64,000 nt of DNA from Cetorhinus maximus (Eukaryota). The notes below the pieces were generated by a model. That model made no database searches. It worked only from the letters and a program-made list of their open reading frames with translations, and was not told the DNA's origin. The translations under genes were made by a program, and so were the position numbers. This document shows, in pieces, positions 39,470-53,046 of this stretch. The DNA lies in NCBI RefSeq assembly GCF_964194155.1, contig NC_135886.1:45508001-45572000 (forward strand), read 5' to 3'. Within the stretch, counting starts at the first letter, position 1. The number at the start of each line of letters is the position of its first letter.

Positions 39470-41045
39470 TAACCCATAAGACCTTAGATGTAGGAGCAGA
39501 AGTAAGCCATTCGGCCCATCGACTCTGCTCTGCCATTCAACGAGATCAGGGCTGATCTGATAATCCTCAACTCCACTTTCTTGCCTTTTCCCCATAACCC
39601 TTGATTCCCTTACTGTTTAAAAATCTGTCTATCTCAGCCTTGACTATACTAAAGGACCCAGCTTCTACAGCCCTCTGCAGTAAAGAATTCCACAGATTGA
39701 CTATCCTCAGTAAAGAAATTCCTCCTCATCTCTGCTTTAAGTGGGTGCCCCCTTATGCTGAGATTATGCCCTCTGGTCCTAGACTCTCCTACAAGAGGAA
39801 ACAACCTCTCAGTATTTACCCTGTCAAGCTCCCTAAGAATCCTATATGTTTCAATAAGGTCGCCTCTCATTCTTCTAAACTCCAATCAGTACAGGCCCAA
39901 CCGATTCAACCTCTCCTCATAAAATCCCTCCATCCCTGGGATCAAGCTAATGAACCTTCTCTGGACTGCCTCCAATGCCAGTATATCTTTCCCTAGATAA
40001 GGGGACCAAAACTGTTCGCAGTATTCTAGGTGTGGTCTAAATATTGGCTTGTATAGTTTTAGCAAGATTTCTCCAATTTTATACTCAATTTCCTTTGAAA
40101 TAAAGGCCAACATTCCATTTACCTTCCCTATTACCTGCTGAACTTGTATGTTAGCTTTTTAGGATTCATGCACGAGGACCCCCAAATCCCTCTGTGCTGC
40201 AGCTTTCTGCAGTCTTTCTCCATTTAAATAATATTCAGTTCCCCTATTCTCCCTGCCAAATTGCATAACCTCACACTTTCCCACATTATATTCCGTCTGC
40301 CACGTTTTTGCCCACTCACTTAACTTGTCTATATCCCCCTGTAGACTCTTTGTGTCATCCTCACCACTTGCCTTTCCACCTATTTTTTGTCATCCGCAAA
40401 CTTGGCGATAGTACATTCATTTCCCTCACCCAAGTCATTAATATATATTGTAAATAATTGTGGTCCCAGCACTGAACCCTGTAGCATTCCGCTAGTTACA
40501 GGTTGCCAAACTGAAAATGCACAACAACCCCCCCCACCCCCCATCCCCCACCTTCAGCCCCCTGGTATCCCAACTCTCTGCTTTCTATTAGTTAGCCAGT
40601 CCTCTATCCATGCTAATATACTACCCCAAACACCATGGGCTCTTATCTTATTAAGTAGTCTTATGTATGGTACCTTATGGAATGCCTTCTGGAAATCCAA
40701 ATATATTACATCTACTGGTTCTGCTTTGTCGACCCTGCTTGATACCTCCTTAAAGAATTCTAATAAATTTGTCAGGCATGATTTCCCTTTCATGAAGCCA
40801 TGCTGACTGTTTGATTAGAATATGCATTTCTAAATGCTTTGCTATTACATCCATTAATATAGACTCCAACATTTTCCCAATGACAGATTTTAAGCTAACT
40901 GGCCTATAGTTACCTGTTTGTTTTTTGTCTCCCTCCCTTTTTGAATAAGGATGCTACATTGGCAGTTTTCCAATCCTCTGGGACTTTTCCAGAATCTAAG
41001 GATTCATGAAAGATTACTACCAGTGCATCCACTATCTATGTAACT
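39470..41045 (-). mobile_element. CR1 LINE family B, RT to 3' UTR
   Basis: Minus ORFs MKGKSCLTNLLEFFKEVS...YLDFQKAF, RPHLEYCEQFWSP, EFRRMRGDLIETY. Confidence 0.92.
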
Positions 41046-41154
41046 ATGTGTATGCTGATGATACTTAGCTGTACCTCTCTATTACCCCTTGATCATTCTA
41101 CTGTTTTTTTGCTGTCAAACCTCGTTTGTTTTAATTTATTCTTTTTGTCCTGGA

Positions 41155-42135
41155 TGGTAACCAGCTTCTTGAGTGTTGTTGGAACTGCACTCATTCAGGC
41201 AAGTGGAGATTATTCCCTCATACTCCTGACTTGTGCCTTGGTGGTGGTGAAGAGTCAGGAGGTAAGTTACTCATCACAAGATTCGTAGCCACAGTATTTA
41301 TATGGCTAGTTCAGTTACTGGTCAATGATAACCCCCTGGATGTTGATAATGGGGGATTCAGCACTGATAATGTCATTGAATGTCAAGGGAAGGTGATTAG
41401 ATTCTCTCTTGTTGGAGGTGGCCATTGCCTGGCCTTTGTGTGGTGCAAATGTTACTTGCCCAAACCTGAATGTTGTCCAGGTATTGCTGGATGTGGGCAT
41501 GGACTGTTTTGTATTTGGGGAGTTGTGAACGGTGCTGAACATTGTACAATCATCAGCAAACATCCCCATTTTTGACCTTTATGATGGAGGGAAGGCCGTA
41601 GATGAAGCAGCTGAAGATGTTTGGCCGAGGACACCACTCTGAGGAGCTCCTGCAGTGATGTCCTGGAGCTGAGATGGTTGACCTCCAACAACCACAGCCA
41701 TCTTTCTTTGTGCTAGGTATGACTTCAACCAGTGGAGAGATTGCCCCCTGATTCCCATTGACTTCAATTTTGTTAGAGCTCCTTGGTACTGTACTGGGTC
41801 AAATGATGCCTTGATGTCAAGAACAGTCGCACTCACCTCACCTCTGGAGTTCAGCTCTTTTGTCCATGTTTGAACCAAAGTTATAATGAGGTCAAGAGCT
41901 GAGTGGCCCTGGTGGTACCCAAACTGAGCATCAGTGAGCTGGTTATTGCTGACTAAGTGCTGCTTGATACCACTGTCGATGACCCCTTTCATCTCTTTTC
42001 TGATGATTGAGAGTAGATTGATGGGGTGATAATTGGCCAGGTTTGATTTGTCTATCTTTTTGTGAACACGATATGTATGGACAATTTTCTACATTACTGG
42101 GAGATGCCAGTGTTGTATCTGTACTGGAACAGGTT
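41155..42135 (-). mobile_element. CR1-superclade LINE family A fragment
   Basis: Minus ORFs LTDAQFGYHQGHSALDLI, MFADDCTMF. Confidence 0.88.
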
Positions 42136-42664
42136 GTCCAACATATAGTTTTGGATGAATTGTAACTTTCTCCAAATTAACGTTGGGAAGACTGAAGCAA
42201 ACTCCTTTAGCTTCCACTATAAATGTTGCTCTTTCACCAGCAACGAAATTCCCCTCCCAATCTAAATTTTGTGCTAAACTGGATTGTTTACAACTCTGGC
42301 ATTCTGTTTGTTCTGAGCTAAACTTTCAATTGCAAAGACTACCTACTTATGACATCACCTATATGTACCTTGATCTTGGCCTGTTCGCTGCTCAAACACC
42401 TCATAACACCGTTACCACCTATGCATTTGATTATTCTAATGCCCTCCTGGCTAGCCCCCAATTCTTCATGCTTTGCAACCTTCATCTTATCTAAAACCCT
42501 GTTGCTTGTACCTATCTCAAAGTCTTACTCACCCATCACCTTGGAGGCATTAGGACCAAGAGCCAATGTAACATTTTTACTGTTGTGTTTAAATGTATCC
42601 ATGGCCAATCCCCTCCCGAGCTCTGTAACCACCTTCCCTCTAATCATGCCTTCCTTTTTTGACT

Positions 42665-43175
42665 CTTGTTGGAGCTGCATTCATCCAGGCAAGCAGTGTT
42701 CCACCAAAATCCTGACTTGTGCCTTGTAGATGGTGGAAAAGATTTGAGGAATCAGGAGCTGAGTTATTTGCTGCAGAATACTCAACCTCTGACCTGCTGT
42801 GGTAACTGCAACTGTTGTGTCTGGTGCAGTTACATTTCTGGTCAGTGATGACCCATGGGATGTTGATGGTTTGGGATTCAAAGAATTGAATGTCGAAGGG
42901 GCTCATCAGACTCCCTGTTGTTGGAGAGGGTCATTACCCAGCACTTAATAGTGTGAATGTTAATTGCCACTCACCAGCTCAAGCCTGGACATTGTCCATG
43001 TCTTTCTCCCTGTGGGCACAGACTACTTCATTATCTGAGGAATACCAAGTGGAATTCCACACTCTGCAATCATTAGTAACTACTACTGACTTTCACGATG
43101 ATCGGAAAGTCATTGATGAAGCAACTGAAGATGTCTGTGCCGAGGACACTGGCCTGAAGAACTCTTCCAGTGATA
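42665..43175 (-). mobile_element. Older family A LINE fragment
   Basis: Minus ORF LLIPQIFSTIYKAQVR; more diverged than its neighbours. Confidence 0.75.
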
Positions 43176-43179
43176 CCCA

Positions 43180-45442
43180 GCGCGTGATGAGGGAAAAATG
43201 CACTTGACCTCATCCTCACCAACCTGCCTGTGGCAGATCCATGACAGCATCGGTAGGAGTGACCACCGCATAGTCCTTGTGGAGATGAAGCCCTGCCTTC
43301 AAATTGAGGATACCCTCCATGGCACTACCGCTATGCTAAGTGGGATAGATTTGGAACGGATCTAGAAACTGAAAACAGGGCAACCATGAGGCTCTGTGGG
43401 CTATCAACAGCAGTAGAATTGTATTTAACTGCAACCTGTAACCTCATGGCCCAGCACACTCCCACTCTATCATTATCATCAAGCCAGTGGATCAACCCTG
43501 GTTCAATGGAGAGTGCAGGAGGGCATGCTAAAAGCAGGACCAGGCATACCTAAAAATTAGGTGTCAACCTGGTGAAGCCATAGTATGGGATTACTTACGT
43601 GCCAAACAGCATAAACAACAAGTGATATACAGGGCTAAGCAATCCCACGACCAATGGATCAGATCTAAGCTCTGCAGACCTGCCACATCCGGTCGTGAAT
43701 GGAGGTGGACAGTTAAAAAACTCACTGGAGGAGGAGACCACAAATATCATCATCCTCAATGATGGGGGAGCCCAGCACATCAGTGCAAAAGATGAGGCTG
43801 AACCATTTGCTACAATCTTCAGCCAGAATGCCGAGTGGATGACCCATCTTGGTATCCTCTGGAGGTTCCCAGCATCACACATGCCATTCTTCAGCCAATT
43901 CAATACACTGCACATGATATCAAGAAATGGCTGAAGGCACTGAATACTGCAAAGGCTATGACCCCTGACAATATTCTGGCAATAGTACTGAAGACGTGTG
44001 CTCCAGACCTTGCTGTGCCCCTAGCCAAGCTGTTCCAGTACAGCTACAACACTGGCATCTACCTGGCAATGGGGAAAATTGCCCAGGTATGTCCTGTACC
44101 CCCAAAAAAGCAGGACAAATCTAACCTGGACAATTACTGCCCCATCAGTCTACTCTCCATCAGTAAAGTGATGGGAGGGGTCATCAACACCTGCTCACGG
44201 ACGCAGTTTGTGTTCTAACAGGGCCACTCAGCTCCTGACCTCATTACAGCCTTGGTTCAAATATAGACAAAAGAGCTGAACTCCAGAGGTGAGGGGAGAG
44301 TGACTACCCTTGACATCAAGGCAGCGTTTGACCGAGTGTAGAATCAAGGAGCCCTAGCAAATCTGGAGTGAATGGGAATCAGAGGGAAAACTCTCTCTTC
44401 GCTGATGGGAGTTATACCTTGCACAAAGGAAGTTGATTGTGGTTGTCGGAGGTCAATCATCTCAGTTCCAAAAATCACTGCAGGAGTTCTTCAGGGTAGT
44501 GTCCTCAGCCCAACCATCTTCAGCTGCTTCATCAATGACCCTTCCTTCATGAGGTCATAAGTGGGGATGTTCACTGATGACTGCACAATGTTCACTCTTC
44601 ACGACGACTCATACTGAAGCAGTCCATGTCCAAATGCAGCAAGACCTGGACAATATCCAGGCTTGGGCTGACAAGTGGCAAGTAAGATTCGTGCCACACA
44701 AATGCCAGGCAATGACCACCTCCAACAAGAGAGAATCTAACCATTGCCCCATGAGATTCAATGGCATTACCATCCCTGAATCCCCCACTATCAACATCCT
44801 GGGGGGTTACCATTGAGCAGAAACTGAACTGGACTAGCCATTTAAATACTGTGACTACAAGTGCATGTCAGAGACTAAGAATCCTGTGGCAAGTAACTCA
44901 CATCCTGACTCCCCAAAGCCTGTCCACCATCTACAAGGCACAAGTCAGGAGTGTGATGGAGTACTCTCCAGTTGCCTGGATGAGTCTAGCTCCAACAACA
45001 CTCTAGAAGCTCGACACGATCAAGGATAAAGCAACCTGCTTGATTGGCACCCCATCCACAAACATTCAGTCCTTTCACCACCGAAGCGCAGCAGCTGCAG
45101 GAACTCACCAAGGCTCCTTAGACAGCACCTTCAAAACCCATGACCACTACCATCTAGAAGGACAAGGGCAGCAGACACATGGGAGCACCACTACCTGGAA
45201 TGGCATTCGCAAGTCATTCGCCACCCTGAGCTCGAAATATATCACCGTTCCTTCACTGTCGCTGGGTCAAAATTCTGGAACTCCCTCCTCTAACAGCACT
45301 GTGGATGTACCTACACCACATGAACTGCAGTGGTTCAAAAAGGCAGCTCACCACCACCTTCTCAAGAGTTCGAGATGGGCAATAAATGCTGGCCTCAACA
45401 GTGATGCCCACATCCCATGAATGAATAATAAAAAAAAAAAAA
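43180..45442 (+). mobile_element. CR1-superclade LINE family A (endonuclease end, RT, 3' UTR)
   Basis: 'cttgacctcatcctcacc' (LDLILT), SDH motif, PDNILAIVLKTCAPDLAVPL, QGSVLSPTIF, WADKWQV; ends ccacatcccatgaatgaat plus A-run. Confidence 0.92.
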
Positions 45443-45444
45443 TT

Positions 45445-45780
45445 CCTTGATCTGACGTCGTAAGGCTTCATAGGGACCAAAATCAACGCCCACCTCTCTC
45501 CTTCCTGTAGAGCACTATGCTGCCATCTCTGGTAGGTCTGCCCTGTCAGTGGGGCAGGAGATACCATGGAAAGTGTTGGAAAGCTCAGGGGCGTTGGCTA
45601 AGTGTGATTCTGTGAGTATGACTGTCAGGTTGTTGTTTGACTAATCTGTGTAACAGCTGTCCCAATTTTGGCAAAATCTCCCAGTTGTTAGTGAGGATGA
45701 CTTTACAGGGTCAACTGGGTAGGGTAACTTGTGTCCAAATCTCATCGTCTAGGTTGAGACCCAGTGGCCTGTCTGGTTTT
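45445..45780 (-). mobile_element. Family A LINE endonuclease N-terminal fragment
   Basis: The reverse strand reads ...LVKQQPDSHTH/ILTES-like and DRPTRDGS, i.e. decayed AP-endonuclease motifs. Confidence 0.6.
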
Positions 45781-45789
45781 ATTATCATT

Positions 45790-46040
45790 AACGATGAATC
45801 CCATGCTACTATTTGAAGAACAGCTGAGTTCTCCCATTGTCTTCAGCTTCATTTCTGCCTTGCTCAAAATTACAAAAATAATCCAATTTGTCATTGTTGC
45901 TCATGGGTCCTTGTGTGTAAATCGGCTGTACATTTTTTCTCTCTTATATCAGTAACTGTATTTAAAATATCATTCCATTGACCGGAATGCTTTGGGATGT
46001 CCTCAGCTTGTGGAAGATGCTATATAAATGCAGGTTATTT
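45790..46040 (+). mobile_element. Deu-SINE 3' half
   Basis: 'cccatgctactatttgaagaacagc...ctttgggatgtcc...gatgctatataaatgcag' tail shared with 1497-1930. Confidence 0.55.
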
Positions 46041-46559
46041 TTGGTACTTGCGAGGAAAACATTGCACTTTTGCTTTAACTGCCACCACTTATTTAAAGTG
46101 CTGCTGGTCTGCAGTTTTGTCTGTCCAAGTGTGAAGGAAGTTTCCATCTGGTTACTTTACCAACTGCTCATATCTTCGGTGTGTGCTGCACTCATGAACA
46201 CTGTTTAAAATTGAATTGTAATGGCAGAGAGAGGAGCTGATAGTACAAGCAGCTGTTCAGCAACCAGCTGGAAACTTCCTTCATTCCTGGATGGACTGGC
46301 AGGTTAAAACCTATTGCTAAATTGAAAAGGCAGCAAGTAAAGAAACTGGAAATGAAATTGAGCTACAGGGTATTATAGGATGTTAGAATTATTACAAATT
46401 ACTTTTCCTGGTCATCAAGCATAACATGGCATTGCATTGCATAGCAGCGGTCTGCTTACTGAATAGTAGTTCAGCAATAACTGTGCGCGTGTTGGAGGGG
46501 GGAATTTCTACATTGCATAGGATTTCAACCAAAATCATCTGCACATGTTTTCCAGTTGA

Positions 46560-46730
<171 letters not shown>

Positions 46731-48484
46731 TAGATCTTTCTGATTTTAAAAAAAAAATAATTCTCTGAAACGGCCATGGGAGATTAAATTAGCCCCTCAA
46801 AGTAGACTTGCATGTTTAAAACCTGAAAGCCGGGTATTTTTTTTTTCTCCCCAAGTGTCTCTATTCTGTTCTTGCGACCAATTAAAAAGGCAGCTTTTAG
46901 CTTGTCCCTTATTATAGTATTATATTATATTATAGTGTTGCCTGGCTATTTCTCTCATCCCTCATCACACACCAATCATAAGCATATCGTTGTGTTGGTT
47001 GCAGTTTTGGAAATTGAATTGTCAAGCATAGGTATAATCGGAATTGCTTAATGGCTAACCAGATGCATGTTTTGAACAAGTGGGAACTTGTTGACCTAAG
47101 TGGCAGACTCCTTTCCTTTCCCTGAGAAACTTGGGTGTGAAAATCGGACTCAAGTTCCGTCTTGGACGTTCTATCTGGAGAACTTCTAGCATTTTGTCCA
47201 CTGAGCTCAACATTTAAACTTCTGGTGCATTGCTGCAGTTGGTGAAACCTGTTAACCAGTTCTCTAACTTTCATTCTTTTGGGCAGTGGCATGTGGCTTA
47301 ATAGAGCTTGTTCTCCTCTGAGTAGTTCTGGTCAGCCATAATGATGATTCCAACGCACCATGGTGTTCAGATTCTTGTATAGACCGCACTGTGAAGTAGC
47401 TATTGTGGTGTCTGTTGCCTGCAAAATCCAGCTACTGACGAATGTAATCTTAATACAACAAGAAAAGAGAGTTTCTTTTCAATGAATGCCACACAGCTGC
47501 AGGCATTGGATGATACTGTCTGCCCTCTCCCTGCTGTTCTGCAAGAAGCTTTGTATAACCTCCTGTTTCAGGCTTTTAAAATTATTTCTGTTACTCCCAA
47601 TAGAAGGTGACTTAGTTTGTTAGCCAACTTTAGTGCCAAAATTACATTTTAATGATTTCAGACCATTTATTCTGAATTTGGTTGACAGCGTATTCTCTCA
47701 TTGTTTAGCCCGCCTTAAAAGATTTTGAGTATAAGTAATAGAAGTTCGGATTTGATTTACCTTTAGCAAAATGTATTAAATATTAGCCACCAACTGATGT
47801 TGCAACTCATGCAGAATTAATAACCAGTTCCTATGAATAGAGGAATCCATACAGTAAACAGCAATGTGACTGCCAGTATTATGAATTGAGGCTGAGATAA
47901 TATTAGAGAAAACATTTGAAAGTATGATCTGATTCTTGCCAGAATTTTTGTGAATATATCAAATGTAAGGTGCTCTGGTTAAATTAATAATTTGCTCAGA
48001 AAGACCACGATGCCCCCCCCCCCCCAACCCCACACCATCCACTACCAGGTGATGGCTTAGGGTAATTTTAATACCGTTAAACTCTGTAAAGTTGCCATTT
48101 TAAACAAATAAGATTAATCATATTTGGAATTTTAAAAACTCAATCAAAGTTAGTCTGTGCTGCAGCATCTTCTGCATTGTTTATTTGATCTAAAATTAAG
48201 TCACAAAAATAACCTGGCCAGTGGCAAGATGAAAGTATCAGTTGAAGAGATGGTATTCAGCTTTTTTTGTGTAGTTGCCAGTAGTTGTGGTCTGTGCTGT
48301 TTTTTGTAGTCTTTTTTCAAAAGAAAACAAACTTGTTATCGGATCAACATAACTGGCCATGTTCTCTGTACAATCCAAAATACACACAATGGGTTGGATG
48401 TTTATATTTCAATATTAATTTGCTGTAATCTTTCACTGTAGTTTGTGAATTTTTTTCGGTAGTCATTTTTTTTCCTCTATTTAG

Positions 48485-48634
<150 letters not shown>

Positions 48635-51458
48635 TAGAAATTGACTCCTGGAACATATAACTCTGTGATTGCCTGATCATAAAGCACATTTGAGGCAACA
48701 CTAGGAATTATCACCCTGGTATTCTTTCTCCTCCTTGTTCTTCCCCACAGCAGTCTTAAGCATTTTTTTTAAATCACAAAAGTAGCCATATTTGAGACTG
48801 GCACTTCAAGTGTTGAAGACCTTAGAACTTAAAATTTTTGACCTGGGTTTGCCAAGCCCACCAGATCCACTAAGGCCCCTGTTTTTAACTGCTTTAAATT
48901 GTGGTGTTTCATCAGAGTCTTTAAACATTGTTATTGTGCAGGTGCCTGCAATTTAATACGTGCTAGAACATTAAAAAGTATTTAGTGCTTAACCCAACAG
49001 TTCTCTCTGATGTAACATACAGATGTTTTATTACCTAATTTGTACAAAAGCGATATCACTTTGTATTTTTGACAAATGTTCTGTGAACTAATCCTTTTTG
49101 AATAGTTTCAGTCGTTGACCTGTGGATTTTAACCCAATTTATGAAAGCTAGACAAAGCTCCCAGACGGGTTAGTGAATAAACATATTCCATGGTTTTGCA
49201 CTGAAATAAAGACTAGGTTTAATCTGTAATTTGTGCTTAATTAACAAGAGTGACAGTGGGTTTGCAAAAAAAAAAAATGATCCCATGGTTAATGGAGTTA
49301 AGAAAGTAATATTTTGTCATAAAGAGTATCACATCCAAGCCTGATACCCACATATGAAAAATTTTCTCATGGGGAGGTGGGACTGAAAGTGGCACAGAAT
49401 ATCAATCACCTGCCCGAGTAACTACATTCCCCCTTCTATGCAATGAACTTGAGAATCAGTGACTCCACAAAGACCAGGAATCAAATTCACATCTTCATGA
49501 ACTTTATTGCATAGTTCCACGTTGAATGAAACAGCTCATACTCATAGGTGTACTGTTAAAGCATATAGAGGGGATTAAAACTTCCACCCATCCACTGTGG
49601 AGGACTCCGACGAAGTTGGAAATCCCAGTGTCAGACTACTTAACTCTAATGGTTGCCAGCCAGTTTTCAACGCTGCTGGTGCACCAATCTGGTGGGAATC
49701 TTGCTGTAATACTTTGCTACATCAGTAGTGGGCTATGGTTGAGCTTCTTTTTTTTAAATGCAAAATGGCTCCTCTGTATAGGAAACAGTCATTCTGTGAT
49801 CAATTGTATTGAACTGGTCTTGGAATTTCGGATCTTTTTCTTTCTCCAAAGGCCCTGCCCCTGCTCTTGTCTCCAGCACATGCCCTGAGCAGGACTAGAA
49901 GGTTGGATATTCAGATATTCCTGACATCCAGCACCATTAAGGGTATAAATGAGGAAAATGCATTATATGATCCCATCAGTAGATATTTCACCCCCCGCCC
50001 TCCAAATTCCTTGAGCTTTTCCCCCTTATTTGCTTTGATCACCTGAATTTGGCTCTTCCACTAATTCTGGTGCCAGTGTATTTCAATAGATTCTACTAAA
50101 TTGTGGCATTTCCAATCAAAGAATGAAACCAAATCCAATGTTTTTCAAATGTTATTGTGTTAAGTGTTAGTGGACTCATTTTCATCATTGGTGTAATAAA
50201 TCTGTATCAACTTTGGGACATAGGATACTGCTTTTTTTGTGGATTTTCTAAGAATTTCTTGAATTCAACTACTTTAGTTTTGATACCAAATATAATAAGC
50301 AGTATGTTGATACCATTAATTATAATACTTTCAGATACATTTTGTATTGGGAATTAAGATTCTGACTCTTGTTTCAATGTTAGAAATTTATTTATTTTTT
50401 CTGCTGCACATTCAGCACTCTTCTGAAGGCTATGACTCATGCTGGTTTATTGTTCGATATTATTAGTCCTCCACTGCCTTATTCAAGTTTTTGCTCCATA
50501 TCCACGAGTCTAGGAAATGAGTGTTAGAAAAACTGCTTAGCAATGAGCCTGATCTGATCTTCATCCGGTACTCTCAAATGGGAACTTTGCAGACTCTAAA
50601 CACAGATCAAGAGAGGGAACGTTAGATCATAATTTTCTCTTTCCCCATTGCCCAGTAGCACTGAGACCAATTATATGACCCCACTGTATCTGCAGTTAGA
50701 ATTTGGTACAGACGAGGATCCTTTTATGGCTATTGCACCCCACATTTACACATTTAACCATGGGAAAGTTTCGATTTTGTCTTTAGAAGAATGTTTATGG
50801 AATGAGGAATGGGTAAGAAATTTGTATTCATTTAATTATGTTGTTTGGTTTTACTTTACAAACTGGGTTTAAAGGCTTCACATGTTTAAAAAGTGACTAA
50901 TGCGTAACAAGATTAGTTGCTATGCAAGGCATAGCTGAATATTTAATCCACAAATGTATTAAGTGATAGAGGATTATTCTTGCACATTATACATCTTAAG
51001 CCATAGTTGCTAAAATGTTCTATGTCACCAGCTCCACAGGGGGGCGAGGGGGTAGAGTTAATCTTCTCCTATGTTACTTTGAAAACAGACTTGAGTAATG
51101 AGAAATGCCCAAAGTACTGAGGAGTTACTGAAATTTGCAAAAAAAACCATGCGTTTATCTTTGAAACATCTTGACAATACTCGGTTGGTTGATATGACCT
51201 GAAACATGCCAGCGCAGTGAAAGGGACTAGCCCAATCCCTGCCTGGTTTTCACCCTCAGAAAATCTGGCTGTAGCATTTAAACTGTGCACTCAACACTCA
51301 AACTTGGGCCTGATTTGAGATTTCATTGCTGTAGCTGCCTTAAAAACAAGGTCCGTATTGAGAGGTTCAAAATACTTAAAACAGTTAAGAATGAACCCAT
51401 TATTGCATTCTCTCTCTTCACTGACAAATTATATTGTTTAATGTTTTTCTACTTCTAG

Positions 51459-51644
<186 letters not shown>

Positions 51645-51724
51645 TAAGCTTTTTAAAATGCATAAATAAAAATTATTTGTGAAACAAAGTACTTTGGAAC
51701 TAGATTTGGGAATTAAATTTAAGG

Positions 51725-52365
51725 CTTCCATTTCCGGAACATTGCCTGACTTCGCCCCTGCCTCAGCTCACCTGCTGAAACCCTCATCCGTGCTTTTGTT
51801 TTCTCTAGACTTGACTATTCCAATGCATCTCTGGCTGACCCTCTCATCTTTCACCCTTTCATAAACCTGAAATAATCCAAAACTCTTCTGTCCGTGTCCT
51901 AATCTGCACCAAAGTCCCTTTCACCCACCACCGCCTGTGCTCGCTGATCTACGTTGACTCCTGGTGAAGCAACTCTATTTTAAAATTCTCACTCTTGTTT
52001 TCAAATCCTCCATTGCCTCCTTCCTCCCTATCTCTGTAACCTCCAACAGCCCTGTGACCCCTATGTTCCTACTGTTCTGGCTCCTTGCACATCTCCAATT
52101 TTAAATGTCTGCCATCGTTAACCTTGTGCTTGCCTGCCTCTGGACCAGAACAATGAAATGCACTCCACTGCCATCCCCGCCCTTTAAAGACTCCTGTCAT
52201 CAAATCTTCCTGCCTTTCTTCTTCAAACATACTTGTTTGACCAAGCTCTGCTGTAATACTACCTTCTGTATTTTAGTGTCAAATTTTGTTGGATAACCCA
52301 CCTGTGAAATGCCTTGAGATGCTTTACTGTGTTAAAGGTACCATATAAATGCAACTTCTTGTTGG
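51725..52365 (+). mobile_element. L2 LINE 3' fragment
   Basis: 'tgctgaaaccctcatcc...tctagacttgactattccaatgca' (LDYSNA) through the tail 'ttaaaggtaccatataaatgcaa'. Confidence 0.8.
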
Positions 52366-52871
52366 TTCCTAGCTAGGGCATTATTTGACGATACTTTGAT
52401 GCCATATAAGAGCTGTACTACTACCTCAGGTTCCCAACACAACCCAACAATTTGAAATCCTTCCATAAACCAGACATGCATGTATGTTCCATAGATTGGC
52501 TGAAAAATCTCTTAAAATTTGAGCAATGAGAGATCAGACATGAGAAGCAACCAAATAGAGATATGTATGATGGAATGGGAGAGCACATGCAGCACTCATA
52601 TGTGACCAGCACTTGCCCAAAAGCTATAAAGTCAGGCTATACTCTTACAGGGTGAAGGAATATTTATGAGAAGTAATTGTATGGAAACCTAATTTTTTCA
52701 GCTAAGTTATGCACAGGCTAGCTGTGCTTTTTTTTTCCACTTTTGGAAAAAATATGTTTGTAGTAGATGTATGGCTGTGCACAGCAGTAAATGGAAATGA
52801 GTGCACTGCTGCTTGTGTTTTTCAATTTGCTTATTCCATTCAGAAAATAAACACATTTAAATTTCTTACAG

Positions 52872-53046
52872 TGTGAAATCATGCTTTCAGAATATGGAGA
52901 TCTGCAAACGTCGAGCCAACAACTATGAAACGGTAAACCAGAATAAAAGCCCATTTATTGCACATGTTGCGCCGAGCACAAGCACAAACTTGACAATGGC
53001 CTTCAATAACCAACTCAACACCATGCACAATACCATGCACAATCAG
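52872..53046 (+). CDS. HIPK1: HIPK1 coding exon (exon 7 equivalent)
   Basis: ttcttacag|T...CAG|gtatga; 175 bp, phase 2-0. (H)[58 protein letters not shown]. Not captured by the ORF track. Confidence 0.95.

Larger units (their letters stand above)
39290..42665 (+). mobile_element. Old L2 LINE split by two CR1 insertions (pieces ~39290-39465, ~41045-41125, ~42137-42665)
   Basis: 'gtgtatgctgatgatact' (YADDT) at ~41048; 'tggatgaattgtaactttctccaaattaa' and FDYSNALLA downstream. Confidence 0.65.

Noticed and set aside
42665-45442. Twin-priming 5' inversion of one LINE
   Set aside because: The minus piece duplicates RT sequence already present in the plus copy and is more diverged, so these are two independent insertions.
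47341-47438. Possible C/D box snoRNA (ATGATGA...CTGA, 98 nt)
   Set aside because: No convincing terminal stem next to the boxes, no clear C'/D' pair or recognisable rRNA guide. An Infernal/snoScan hit would be needed.
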